Assembly (NCBI GenBank): GCA_964583985.1
Contig: CAZOYD010000028.1
Span: forward strand, 1-39,856
Reading direction: 5' to 3'
DNA: 39,856 nucleotides
Origin: an uncultured archaeon
GTDB taxonomy: Archaea > Asgardarchaeota > Lokiarchaeia > Sigyniarchaeales > SOKP01
Part shown: positions 1 to 8,549 of the stretch, piece after piece
Layout: each line of letters begins with the position of its first letter
How positions within the stretch are numbered: the stretch's first letter is position 1
Notes under the pieces: generated by a model
What the model was told of the DNA's origin: nothing
Databases searched by the model: none
Seen by the model: only the letters and a program-made list of their open reading frames with translations
Made by a program: the position numbers and the translations under genes

Positions 1-1929
1 TCCTATAATTGGACCGGAGGATCTACTCTTAATTTTACTGAAGCTGCTCTTGGTATTTATGAGACAATCCTCGATACTACTGATTTATCTTCAAGAGGTT
101 TATACGAGATATTAATAAGTTCATCTAAATTAGGATTCCTTGAAAGTAACCTTTCGCTGAAAATAAACCTAGGGGAAGAAACCAACCTCCAACGACTTGA
201 ATCCGAATATAATATAGAATTACATGCGAATAGCTCTATTAAGTTTAAATTTACTGATTTTGGTGGTAATGGGATTGATGGAGCAATAATTAACATTAGT
301 ATAAGTAATCCCTCACATTATTTGATTGAAAATCTTGGAAATGGGATTTATGACATTGAATTTAGTACATTATACATTGATAATATCGGAATTTACCAGC
401 TAAACTTCAGTTTTTCAGCAACGGGATATGAACCGCAATATTATGGATACCAATTTCAGATTATTGAACAATCAGTGAATATTTCAGTTTTTCTTAATTC
501 TGTTAACATTCAAGAAAATACTTTGCATGAAATAACTTTTTTTGATGTAATTAATGTTTCTGCTAAAGTGATGTCAAAAATAGATAAGAACTATATTTCG
601 GACGGAATTTTTACATGGATTAGCGATTCTTATCAAAAAAATTTGACGGAATGTATGAATTATTGGTATAACTCATCGATTGAATGTCTACCAGAACATT
701 TCGCATCGGGAATCAATTTTATTTATTTAAAATTTGAACATCCAAATTATAGAACTCAAACATTTGGTTTTGAAGTATTAGTAGAACGGATTGAATTTAA
801 TGTCGATATAATTGGGTATGGAGATATAAATCCAACCATAAATGTAGAAAAAGGAGGATTATTAGAACTTCAATTAAGATTATTAGATCTTAAAACCAAT
901 CAGACTATCGAAAATGGGACTGTTTTATACGAATGGAAATATGGAGTCGGAGAATTGGAGGAAATAACTCTTGGTATATATCAGCTTACATTAAGATTGT
1001 CTGAAAACTTACAAGGTAATTTTATATTCAATCTCATTATATCAAAAGAGGGAACAGTATATAAAACAACGCAATCTTCATTTCTATTAGTCATAGGTGA
1101 ACCACAATTCCCAACCTTTCTGATATGGATTATTATTATAGTTTCAGCTCTTATCATAGGTATTTTAGGTATGTTGAGCTTGAGATCATATGTTATTCTC
1201 CCAAGAAAAAGAAGAAAAGAAGCAGACCTCCTGTCCCGAACTCAAAGATTCAAAGATATGAAAAATGTTCAAGCCATTGTTATAAGTCACAGACTTAGTG
1301 GGATACCACTCTATACAAAATCGTATTCACTTTTAGAAAAACAGAAAAAAGAACTATTTTCAGGATTTATTCAAGCTATTACAACTATAGGGGAAGAAAT
1401 TGCAGGTAAAAGAATTATTGATGATGATAATGTGAAAAAAACCGCAGGAGGAATAGAAAGGTTAATTGAATTAGATTTCAAATATTTCTATTGTCTTATT
1501 TGTGATCGTGAACAAATACGAATTGTGCTAGTTTTACAAGAAAGGGCATCAAATCGTTTAAAAGGGATTATATCGAATCTTGCAACCAGTATTATCTTAA
1601 ACTATTCTGATATACTTGAAGATTGGGATGGGTCAATTGAAACATTTGAAAAAGTAATCCCCTCTATTATTGATCAATATTTTAATCTATTCTATAAAGA
1701 AGGCTTTATCCTTAATAATCCGAAATACATTGCAAGTATGAGGAAGGAAACAGAATTTGACAAAATGGAAACACGGGTTTTAAATACCATTTATTCCATG
1801 GCGAAAAATAAAGCGGAATTCTTCTTGGAAGATATTATCATAACCGTTCATGAAGAGAATAAAGATTTAATCATCGATTCAATAGAAAGATTACTTGATA
1901 AGAAGATAATAATTCCTAATATAAATTAA
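1..1929 (+). CDS. Large single-pass membrane protein (5' partial): extracellular beta-rich Ig-like repeats, TM helix, cytoplasmic longin-like domain and probable winged helix
   Basis: Frame 1 is open from base 1 (SYNWTGGSTLNFTE...) into the listed 322..1929 ORF. Repeated 'GIY(E/D/Q)' beta motifs; TM FLIWIIIIVSALIIGILGMLSL followed by PRKRRK; cytoplasmic 'AIVISHRLSGIPLY...ELFSGFIQAITTIGEEI' is a longin-type pattern. Confidence 0.75.
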   Translation, partial: SYNWTGGSTLNFTEAALGIYETILDTTDLSSRGLYEILISSSKLGFLESNLSLKINLGEETNLQRLESEYNIELHANSSIKFKFTDFGGNGIDGAIINISISNPSHYLIENLGNGIYDIEFSTLYIDNIGIYQLNFSFSATGYEPQYYGYQFQIIEQSVNISVFLNSVNIQENTLHEITFFDVINVSAKVMSKIDKNYISDGIFTWISDSYQKNLTECMNYWYNSSIECLPEHFASGINFIYLKFEHPNYRTQTFGFEVLVERIEFNVDIIGYGDINPTINVEKGGLLELQLRLLDLKTNQTIENGTVLYEWKYGVGELEEITLGIYQLTLRLSENLQGNFIFNLIISKEGTVYKTTQSSFLLVIGEPQFPTFLIWIIIIVSALIIGILGMLSLRSYVILPRKRRKEADLLSRTQRFKDMKNVQAIVISHRLSGIPLYTKSYSLLEKQKKELFSGFIQAITTIGEEIAGKRIIDDDNVKKTAGGIERLIELDFKYFYCLICDREQIRIVLVLQERASNRLKGIISNLATSIILNYSDILEDWDGSIETFEKVIPSIIDQYFNLFYKEGFILNNPKYIASMRKETEFDKMETRVLNTIYSMAKNKAEFFLEDIIITVHEENKDLIIDSIERLLDKKIIIPNIN

Positions 1930-1967
1930 GTTCAATCTTTATTTTCATACTTTCTTTTATTATTCAT

Positions 1968-2579
1968 ATGAGCAATTTACCAACATTTAGATTTGAATGT
2001 ACCAGATGTGGAGTTTGCTGTACAGATAAGAATACAATAGTAAATTTGACTCATACCGACATATCACGTATCTCTAAAGGATTAAAATTAACTTTGGATG
2101 AATTGTTGGAAGTTATAGGGTTTTATATATTCGAAAAGAAAATCACCAAATCTGAAATATCTAAAATGGTTGTAACTCCAATCATGACTGAAAGAGGACT
2201 TTCTTTTCCAGGACTTAAAAAGAACTCCGATGGAGTGTGTTATTTCTATAATATCAATGAAAAAAAATGCCGGATTTATAAATTGAGACCGTATTTTTGC
2301 AGAACGTTTCCCTTTACATTTGCATACGGAGAGGAAATTGGAAATAACCAGCAAAATACTGTTAAGATGAGCTTATCTTATAAAGGAATTGAATATTGCC
2401 CGGGATTAGGTCATGAATATCCTGAAATTAACTATGAGAATTGGATTAAATTGGGAGTAAAGGTACTCGAAAATTTAAGAGAGAATGAAAAACTTGCTCA
2501 ATCATGGAATAAAAAGTTCAAAAGGACTAAAACAAATCCTAAAGTAAAAGATTATTTGATTGAAATCCTTAAATCATAA
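1968..2579 (+). CDS. YkgJ-family (CxxCxxCC) cysteine-cluster protein
   Basis: FECTRCGVCC, CYFY...CRIYKLRPYFCRTFPF, CPGLG motifs. Confidence 0.9.
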   Translation: MSNLPTFRFECTRCGVCCTDKNTIVNLTHTDISRISKGLKLTLDELLEVIGFYIFEKKITKSEISKMVVTPIMTERGLSFPGLKKNSDGVCYFYNINEKKCRIYKLRPYFCRTFPFTFAYGEEIGNNQQNTVKMSLSYKGIEYCPGLGHEYPEINYENWIKLGVKVLENLRENEKLAQSWNKKFKRTKTNPKVKDYLIEILKS

Positions 2580-4197
2580 AATCAAATACGTATTCAAACT
2601 GTAAAAGAGCAATTAATAACCAAAACGCCATTCTCAATTCAGCTTTTAAAGTCAATTTATCATTACTCCAATGAAAAGGGCTAGTTGCATCATTATTTTG
2701 AAATAAAAATGCTTTGGTAATGATCGAATTTAACATCACATTTACAGAAGGTTCTTCTTTATAATTTATATTTAACATCTTGAATATCAATAGAACCCGT
2801 GCCGTATCCGTCAAATTATCATTAATTAACCCCTCTTTAGTGATTAGTAGATTTAATTTTGCTAGATAAATTTTCTTAAACAATGTTAAATCGGTTTTAT
2901 TATCTAATAATTTTATTATACTTAAGTGACATAATAGATCTAAAGGAAGTGTACCCTCATCATTATTAATTTGCCTAAAATTAATTTGCTCAGATAACAA
3001 GTGTCTTTTTTCAGTAAGAACTACACCCCACTTCTCAAGAATTCTTAAGCTCAGTAATGAAAAATAATTCAGCATTAATTTCTCAGGCAAGTAAGATTTT
3101 AGTTCATTCTCGAGGAACATCTCAATATCCAATAAATCTATAATTTCAAGATCGTTTAATAAATTCAATTCAGATAAAATTGAAAGACCGAAGAAATTGC
3201 TTAGTGGGTTCGATATATGATACTTTCCGGTACTAAAGACCTTTCCGCTTATATAACCCTCTAAAATGGTGATGATTTCTTCCGTTTTGAAGGGTAATGA
3301 TAAACCATATATCTTATGGATACTAATGTAATAAAATAAACTTTCCAAATCCAAAAATTCGGGTTTTAATGCGAGAGAATCTAAATTTTTCAAGTTTATT
3401 TTCAATAAATTTTTGACCTTATTATTCAAGTCTGGAAGATTGCCGTAAAGATCAAAATAGTATTCTCCTTGTAATGATTCATATCTTTGTTCGGGTAACG
3501 ATAAGAAAACACTGTTTTGCTCTTTAGAATTTTGTATGTGAGGTAGAACTGGAGTTTTTAAAACTTCAATATTTCGTTCTTTAGCATCATGCAATTTTTT
3601 AAGAATATCCATGTCTTCATTTATTTTGTCAGAATTTTCGTCAGTTCTAATTTTTAATGTAATTGGATCAATTATTTTCTCAATGCTTGGAAAAAAAGCT
3701 TGAATCTTTATTAATTCTTTTTCTTGGAAAAAGAAATTTCTCTTCAATTCATCTAACTTTAATTTAAAATTATCTGGAAGTAGATCGAAGAGATCAAGAT
3801 TTTCTAATTTTTTGGTATCAATTTCAATAATGTATTCAATGATGATTTTTAAGAGGTTTGCATTAATGATATTTTGTCCGACAAACTTAAAAAGATCTTT
3901 ATAATCTTTCAAATCAGTTTTGCTTGCTAGTAAGAATTCTTTAGTAAGATTATCTTTAAAATCTATTGATTTAGAATTAATACCAATGGAATTTAACGCA
4001 GAGATAATAGTTTCAACCATCATATTTATTATTTTAATATGATTTTCTTCATTATTTCGAATTATGATTAAATCAATATCGATATTTTTATGTTCAAATA
4101 AATATAAACTATAGGAGTAAAATCGTTGATAATAGTCTAAAATCTCTGCTTGAAATGATTGAGATAATTGTGTTAACAAGTTTTTAATTTCTTCCAT
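2569..4197 (-). CDS. Hypothetical protein; C-terminal half resembles an (alpha/alpha) barrel of the prenyltransferase-beta/squalene-cyclase-repeat type
   Basis: 542-aa ORF with about six periodic helical motifs (e.g. SLFYYISIHKIYG, SNFFGLSILSELN, LNYFSLLSLRILE, DTARVLLIFKMLN). The fold is inferred. Confidence 0.45.
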   Translation of the reverse strand: MEEIKNLLTQLSQSFQAEILDYYQRFYSYSLYLFEHKNIDIDLIIIRNNEENHIKIINMMVETIISALNSIGINSKSIDFKDNLTKEFLLASKTDLKDYKDLFKFVGQNIINANLLKIIIEYIIEIDTKKLENLDLFDLLPDNFKLKLDELKRNFFFQEKELIKIQAFFPSIEKIIDPITLKIRTDENSDKINEDMDILKKLHDAKERNIEVLKTPVLPHIQNSKEQNSVFLSLPEQRYESLQGEYYFDLYGNLPDLNNKVKNLLKINLKNLDSLALKPEFLDLESLFYYISIHKIYGLSLPFKTEEIITILEGYISGKVFSTGKYHISNPLSNFFGLSILSELNLLNDLEIIDLLDIEMFLENELKSYLPEKLMLNYFSLLSLRILEKWGVVLTEKRHLLSEQINFRQINNDEGTLPLDLLCHLSIIKLLDNKTDLTLFKKIYLAKLNLLITKEGLINDNLTDTARVLLIFKMLNINYKEEPSVNVMLNSIITKAFLFQNNDATSPFHWSNDKLTLKAELRMAFWLLIALLQFEYVFDFMI

Positions 4198-4374
4198 TAT
4201 TTCTCATGCCAAATTATAGATAAAAATGAATTCTGCTATAACTCGAAGGTTATGTCAATAAATTAGAAGTATTATATTTAATTTTTTATCTTAGTAATAA
4301 TTAAAATAAAATGCTTAAAAACCATTTTAATCATCTAATAGATCATTATTAAATTGAGCACCTTTTAATTCAAT

Positions 4375-5094
4375 ATGACTAATTCTTGTTATAATAACTT
4401 TGCTAAGGATTATGATAATAAGAGAAAAAATCATTGGGTGCCATTGCATAATTTTTTACAGGATTTAGAATCATTAGATTATAGATTTGATGGAATTATT
4501 ATTGATTTAGGATGTGGAAATGGAAGAAATTTGCCATTATTAAAAGCTTCCAATAATAGCGTACTTGGAATAGATAAATCCCTTGAATTCTTAAATATAG
4601 CTAAAAATAGAAATGATTTACAGGATCATAACATCCATTTTTTGTTAAGCGATATGTTAACACTCCCAATTCGACCAAGTTCGATCAATTCAATATTTGC
4701 GATTGCTTCTATTCATCACGTGATGGATAAATCTGATAGAAGTCGTATAATGGCATTTTGTAATTCAATCCTTAAAAGAAATGGATATATAGTAATGTCT
4801 GTATGGAGAAGGTTTCAAAAGAAATATAGAACTTATTTCTTAATTGAATTCATAAAACAAAAGTTGTCATTAAAATATAAGAAAAAGCAAGAATTACTTG
4901 GTTTACATGAATTCGGAGACATTGTAATTCCTTGGACAGTTTCAAGCACACGAATTACACATAAGAGGCATTATCATTTATTCTCGAAAAATGAACTCAA
5001 ACGATTATTAAGTGAGTATAAAATTATTAGATTCCGAAAATTAGGAGGCCCCAATAGAAAGGATAATTACTTCATTTTAGCAAAAAAAAACTAA
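4375..5094 (+). CDS. Class I SAM-dependent methyltransferase, Trm9/ALKBH8-like (candidate tRNA wobble-uridine methyltransferase)
   Basis: Motif I IDLGCGNGR, plus IASIHH, MSVW, DIVIPW and RHYHLF motifs typical of the Trm9/ALKBH8 methyltransferase domain. Confidence 0.75.
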   Translation: MTNSCYNNFAKDYDNKRKNHWVPLHNFLQDLESLDYRFDGIIIDLGCGNGRNLPLLKASNNSVLGIDKSLEFLNIAKNRNDLQDHNIHFLLSDMLTLPIRPSSINSIFAIASIHHVMDKSDRSRIMAFCNSILKRNGYIVMSVWRRFQKKYRTYFLIEFIKQKLSLKYKKKQELLGLHEFGDIVIPWTVSSTRITHKRHYHLFSKNELKRLLSEYKIIRFRKLGGPNRKDNYFILAKKN

Positions 5095-5095
5095 T

Positions 5096-5602
5096 TTATT
5101 CTCCGTGGCAAATAATAGAAATAAAGCTCTTTTCCATGAAAGGTTTGAAATTCTCATAAAATTTATCAATAATTTCAGTATGAATATTGAATAGCCGCTC
5201 TGTCATGTCACAATAAAAAATTCCATGGATGCTCTTCGAAGGGTAAAATCTTTTATGCAACATTTTTGTACGTTTACCATACCAGTATGTGAATTCATGA
5301 GATAAATGCCATGTATTCTCTTTATTCAAAACTACCACACCTATACCATTATAAGTATCGATTGATCGTTGTATTTCTTTTGAGAAAAAAAAGGAACCTC
5401 GGGCTTTTTTTTCCCAAGATATATCAAGTTTAGCATTTGCTCCCCAGTACTCATCGTATTCATCATTAGAATGCATGACTACGGTTCCTTCATTCTCATT
5501 CCCTTCAAAACTAATTTCTTTAAACCACTTAGGCATGCTGTTAATTTTTACATTAGCTTCAGGTTTTTCATAGACATAATAATTGTATTCCATCTTTTTC
5601 AC
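5096..5602 (-). CDS. Hypothetical protein
   Basis: 168-aa ORF filling the space between neighbouring genes with natural composition; the start may be the ATG at 5593. Confidence 0.7.
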   Translation of the reverse strand: MKKMEYNYYVYEKPEANVKINSMPKWFKEISFEGNENEGTVVMHSNDEYDEYWGANAKLDISWEKKARGSFFFSKEIQRSIDTYNGIGVVVLNKENTWHLSHEFTYWYGKRTKMLHKRFYPSKSIHGIFYCDMTERLFNIHTEIIDKFYENFKPFMEKSFISIICHGE

Positions 5603-5686
5603 TCAAATTAGTAAACAAATCTCGCTGCAAAATATAAGAATATTTAGATAATATTACAAATTGCAAGGATTTGATTAAGAATAAAA

Positions 5687-6286
5687 TTAAACTTTCTTTA
5701 AGATAAGATTCTTTCCTTCTTCTATCCACTTGATAATTTTTTCCTCAGAACATCCCTTGATTAATGAAGCTAATTCTTGAGGATTTTCTTTCAGAAGATC
5801 CTCCACACAATTTACTCCAATCTCATTAAATTTTGCCGCTCTTGCCGGACCAAGTCCAGATAATTTAACAAGTGGAGTTGCATCTGTTTCAATAGGTTTT
5901 AATTTTGTTTCTTGTTTCTTAATTCCCTTCTGAGGTTTTTCTTCTTTAATCACTTTTGATTTAGTTTCAGATTTCTTTCGTGCTGAAGTTGGTTTTTTCT
6001 TAATTTTCTTAATTTCTGGCTTAAAGGGTGTTCTCTTTTTTTCTTTTTGTACAAATGGTTCACGTTTATCCTTGGAAGCGGGAACGTTTATAGATTTGAG
6101 CAAACTAATATTATCTTCATGTGAGGAGTTCCGAAAGTAGTCTATTTTAATTTTTAATTTTTTAATCACACTTATAGAATGTCCTGATGCTTCTATTTCG
6201 GATAATGAAAATCCTTTTCCTGCTTTTAAATGAGCATCCTTTGAAGGTGACTTTACCATTGGTTTTAACGCATTTTTAGTTTCCAT
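5687..6286 (-). CDS. rpl13e: Ribosomal protein eL13 (L13e) fused through a Lys-rich linker to a helix-hairpin-helix domain
   Basis: KAGKGFSLSEIEASG...KIKIDYFRNSSHEDNISLLK matches the L13e core. C-terminal LVKLSGLGPARAAKFNEIGVNCVEDLL is an HhH motif. ATG at 6286 preferred over TTG at 6292. Confidence 0.8.
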   Translation of the reverse strand: METKNALKPMVKSPSKDAHLKAGKGFSLSEIEASGHSISVIKKLKIKIDYFRNSSHEDNISLLKSINVPASKDKREPFVQKEKKRTPFKPEIKKIKKKPTSARKKSETKSKVIKEEKPQKGIKKQETKLKPIETDATPLVKLSGLGPARAAKFNEIGVNCVEDLLKENPQELASLIKGCSEEKIIKWIEEGKNLILKKV

Positions 6287-6407
6287 AATCAAAATACTAT
6301 TCGATATTATTTTAAGGTATTTACATTAAGCCTTTAAACCTTTTATTTTTTTCGATTTAAACCACAAAAAGTAAAGAGAATTCATTAAATATAAAAGAAA
6401 TAGACCT

Positions 6408-7088
6408 TCACATGGAAATTATTCCTAATTCATGTAATTTTTTTAATGAATCCAATATTTTTGTTTTAGATCTTTGCATTATCTTAGATATTTGTAAGGG
6501 TGAATTGTTGCCAGTACATATCAAAGCAACATGATATTCAAAATCGTCAATCATGCCCATTGATAAGATTTTTCCTAAGACTTCTTTTCCTTTCACGATC
6601 ATTAATTTTGGAAAAACCTCGGCTACATGGCCTCCATAACATAAATTTTCAATATCGGTTATGATTGTCTTAAATGGAGTCTTATCGGTAGTTGTTCGAA
6701 AATTTTGGATATCAGATTGATGTTTTTTCCAAAACCTATTAGCAATTTTATGAATTACTTCCACTAATTTTTCTGTATCATCATCAGCATCTGAAATACT
6801 GCAAAAAAGGATTCGTGAAGGAGAATGATAATATATTAAAATTACAGAATATTCTGACTCCAACAACCTTACAAATTCTTTTTCTTTTTCTCCTTTAGCC
6901 ATTGCGGCTTGAATGTTATCAATAATTGCGTTGATTTCATTAAAAAATCCTGGAATAAGATTGGCATCTACTTTATCTTTCTGAAACTCCTTAAAACTCG
7001 TATCAAGTATAGAAATGCCGTTATCTCCATCAATTAGATAAATTTTATAGATCAAAATATTAATGAGTAAAATTTCAAATCTTATCAA
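6408..7088 (-). CDS. Longin-like domain protein with C-terminal winged-helix/HTH
   Basis: N-terminal IYLIDGDNGISIL...LIPGFFNEI longin pattern; C-terminal SPLQISKIMQRSKTKILDSLKKLHELGII HTH pattern. Start codon uncertain. Confidence 0.65.
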   Translation of the reverse strand: MIRFEILLINILIYKIYLIDGDNGISILDTSFKEFQKDKVDANLIPGFFNEINAIIDNIQAAMAKGEKEKEFVRLLESEYSVILIYYHSPSRILFCSISDADDDTEKLVEVIHKIANRFWKKHQSDIQNFRTTTDKTPFKTIITDIENLCYGGHVAEVFPKLMIVKGKEVLGKILSMGMIDDFEYHVALICTGNNSPLQISKIMQRSKTKILDSLKKLHELGIISM

Positions 7089-7256
7089 AATAATAATACC
7101 ATCCCCTTAAGAATGTTTTCTAATCAGAAAAGTAGTCTGAAAAAATTAAAAGATGGGATCAAAATAAAAAATTCGAATCAAATTTAACTCAATTATAAAT
7201 AAAGATAAAAATATAAATTTTTATAAACTTAACAAAATAAAATATCACTCATCACG

Positions 7257-8510
7257 ATGAACAATTTTAAAAAAACTTTCCTTATACTAGCACTGTTATT
7301 GGTATCAATAGGATCACCATTTCTCTTTCAAAATAACAATGAAAGACAATTACAAGACGATAATATCAACTTATCTTCTTCAGATGGCGTATCGAACTAT
7401 GAAATTCTCCAAAGCGTGACTTATGAAGTTGAAGTTAATTTTACTTTAACGCATAATTCACCAGCGAGTGGTCAATATTGGTTTCAATTTTCTCGATTTG
7501 ATGATCGCCAGCCAGATTCAAGGTTAACTCATTTTGTTCCACCATATCAAGAGAGTGAATTATTATTTAGTAAAATTATTGGGTCTAGTAATACACCTTA
7601 TGTCTTACAAGATCGATTTAACAATACCTATGATGTTTTTAACAATACATTAACACCAACTGAAACGATTACATTAAGTCAAAAGTATCAACTAAAATTA
7701 AACGAAATATCATTTGCTCATGTGAATGCGAGTGAAATTGGTGTCTATGATACGTCAAATGAGATGTTTGATTTGTATTGCAATCATTCTGTGTTATATT
7801 ACGAAAGAAATAATACGAATCTCATTGCAACTTCATTCAGTATTGTTGATCCTGGAGACAATCCCATAACAAAAGCCACGAAAATTTGTAATTGGGTTTC
7901 AGATTACCTAACCTATGATGATACTCTCCCTGCTCAAGAAAAGGGAGCATTATGGGCATATGATAATAAACGAGGAGATTGTAGTGAATATTCTGATTTA
8001 ATGATTACACTTCTAAGATGTCAAGGAATTCCAGCAAGAAAAGTTACCGGATATGTAATCTCTAATAATCCATCATTGAGACCGTATGTAGGACAGCAAT
8101 GGGATTTTTATGTGAACGATCAAGAAGTAAGCACTTTCTTGGGGCATGCATGGGTGGAATATTATGTTCCTAACATCGGGTGGATTGCTAGTGATCCTAC
8201 GTGGAACTCAAATGGGGATTATGCCAATAAGGTTGATTATCTACGAATTAATTTAAATGTCGGAGCGTGGTTTCCCATTCCAATGTTACCTGATGAAAGC
8301 GAGTTTCCCAATCCATGTATAGTCTATCAAACACTTTCAGATAAAACTTATCAGTATTCCGTTAAAGTTACAGTAATTAATACTAATCTTCTTCCTGATT
8401 ATACATTGATTTGGATAATTATTATTAGTTCTGCTGCTGGAATTATTATAGTTGTAACTCTAATCGTAGCATCGAAGAGAAGAAAGAAGAGAGTTAAATG
8501 GACATATTAA
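7257..8510 (+). CDS. Secreted, C-terminally anchored transglutaminase-like (Cys-His-Asp) protein
   Basis: Signal peptide; GDCSEYS, LRCQGIPAR, HAWVEYY and DPT triad motifs; C-terminal TM followed by KRRKKR. Confidence 0.9.
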   Translation: MNNFKKTFLILALLLVSIGSPFLFQNNNERQLQDDNINLSSSDGVSNYEILQSVTYEVEVNFTLTHNSPASGQYWFQFSRFDDRQPDSRLTHFVPPYQESELLFSKIIGSSNTPYVLQDRFNNTYDVFNNTLTPTETITLSQKYQLKLNEISFAHVNASEIGVYDTSNEMFDLYCNHSVLYYERNNTNLIATSFSIVDPGDNPITKATKICNWVSDYLTYDDTLPAQEKGALWAYDNKRGDCSEYSDLMITLLRCQGIPARKVTGYVISNNPSLRPYVGQQWDFYVNDQEVSTFLGHAWVEYYVPNIGWIASDPTWNSNGDYANKVDYLRINLNVGAWFPIPMLPDESEFPNPCIVYQTLSDKTYQYSVKVTVINTNLLPDYTLIWIIIISSAAGIIIVVTLIVASKRRKKRVKWTY

Positions 8511-8549
8511 ATCAATATTTTTTATTTCTAATTCTTGATAAGAAAGAAA

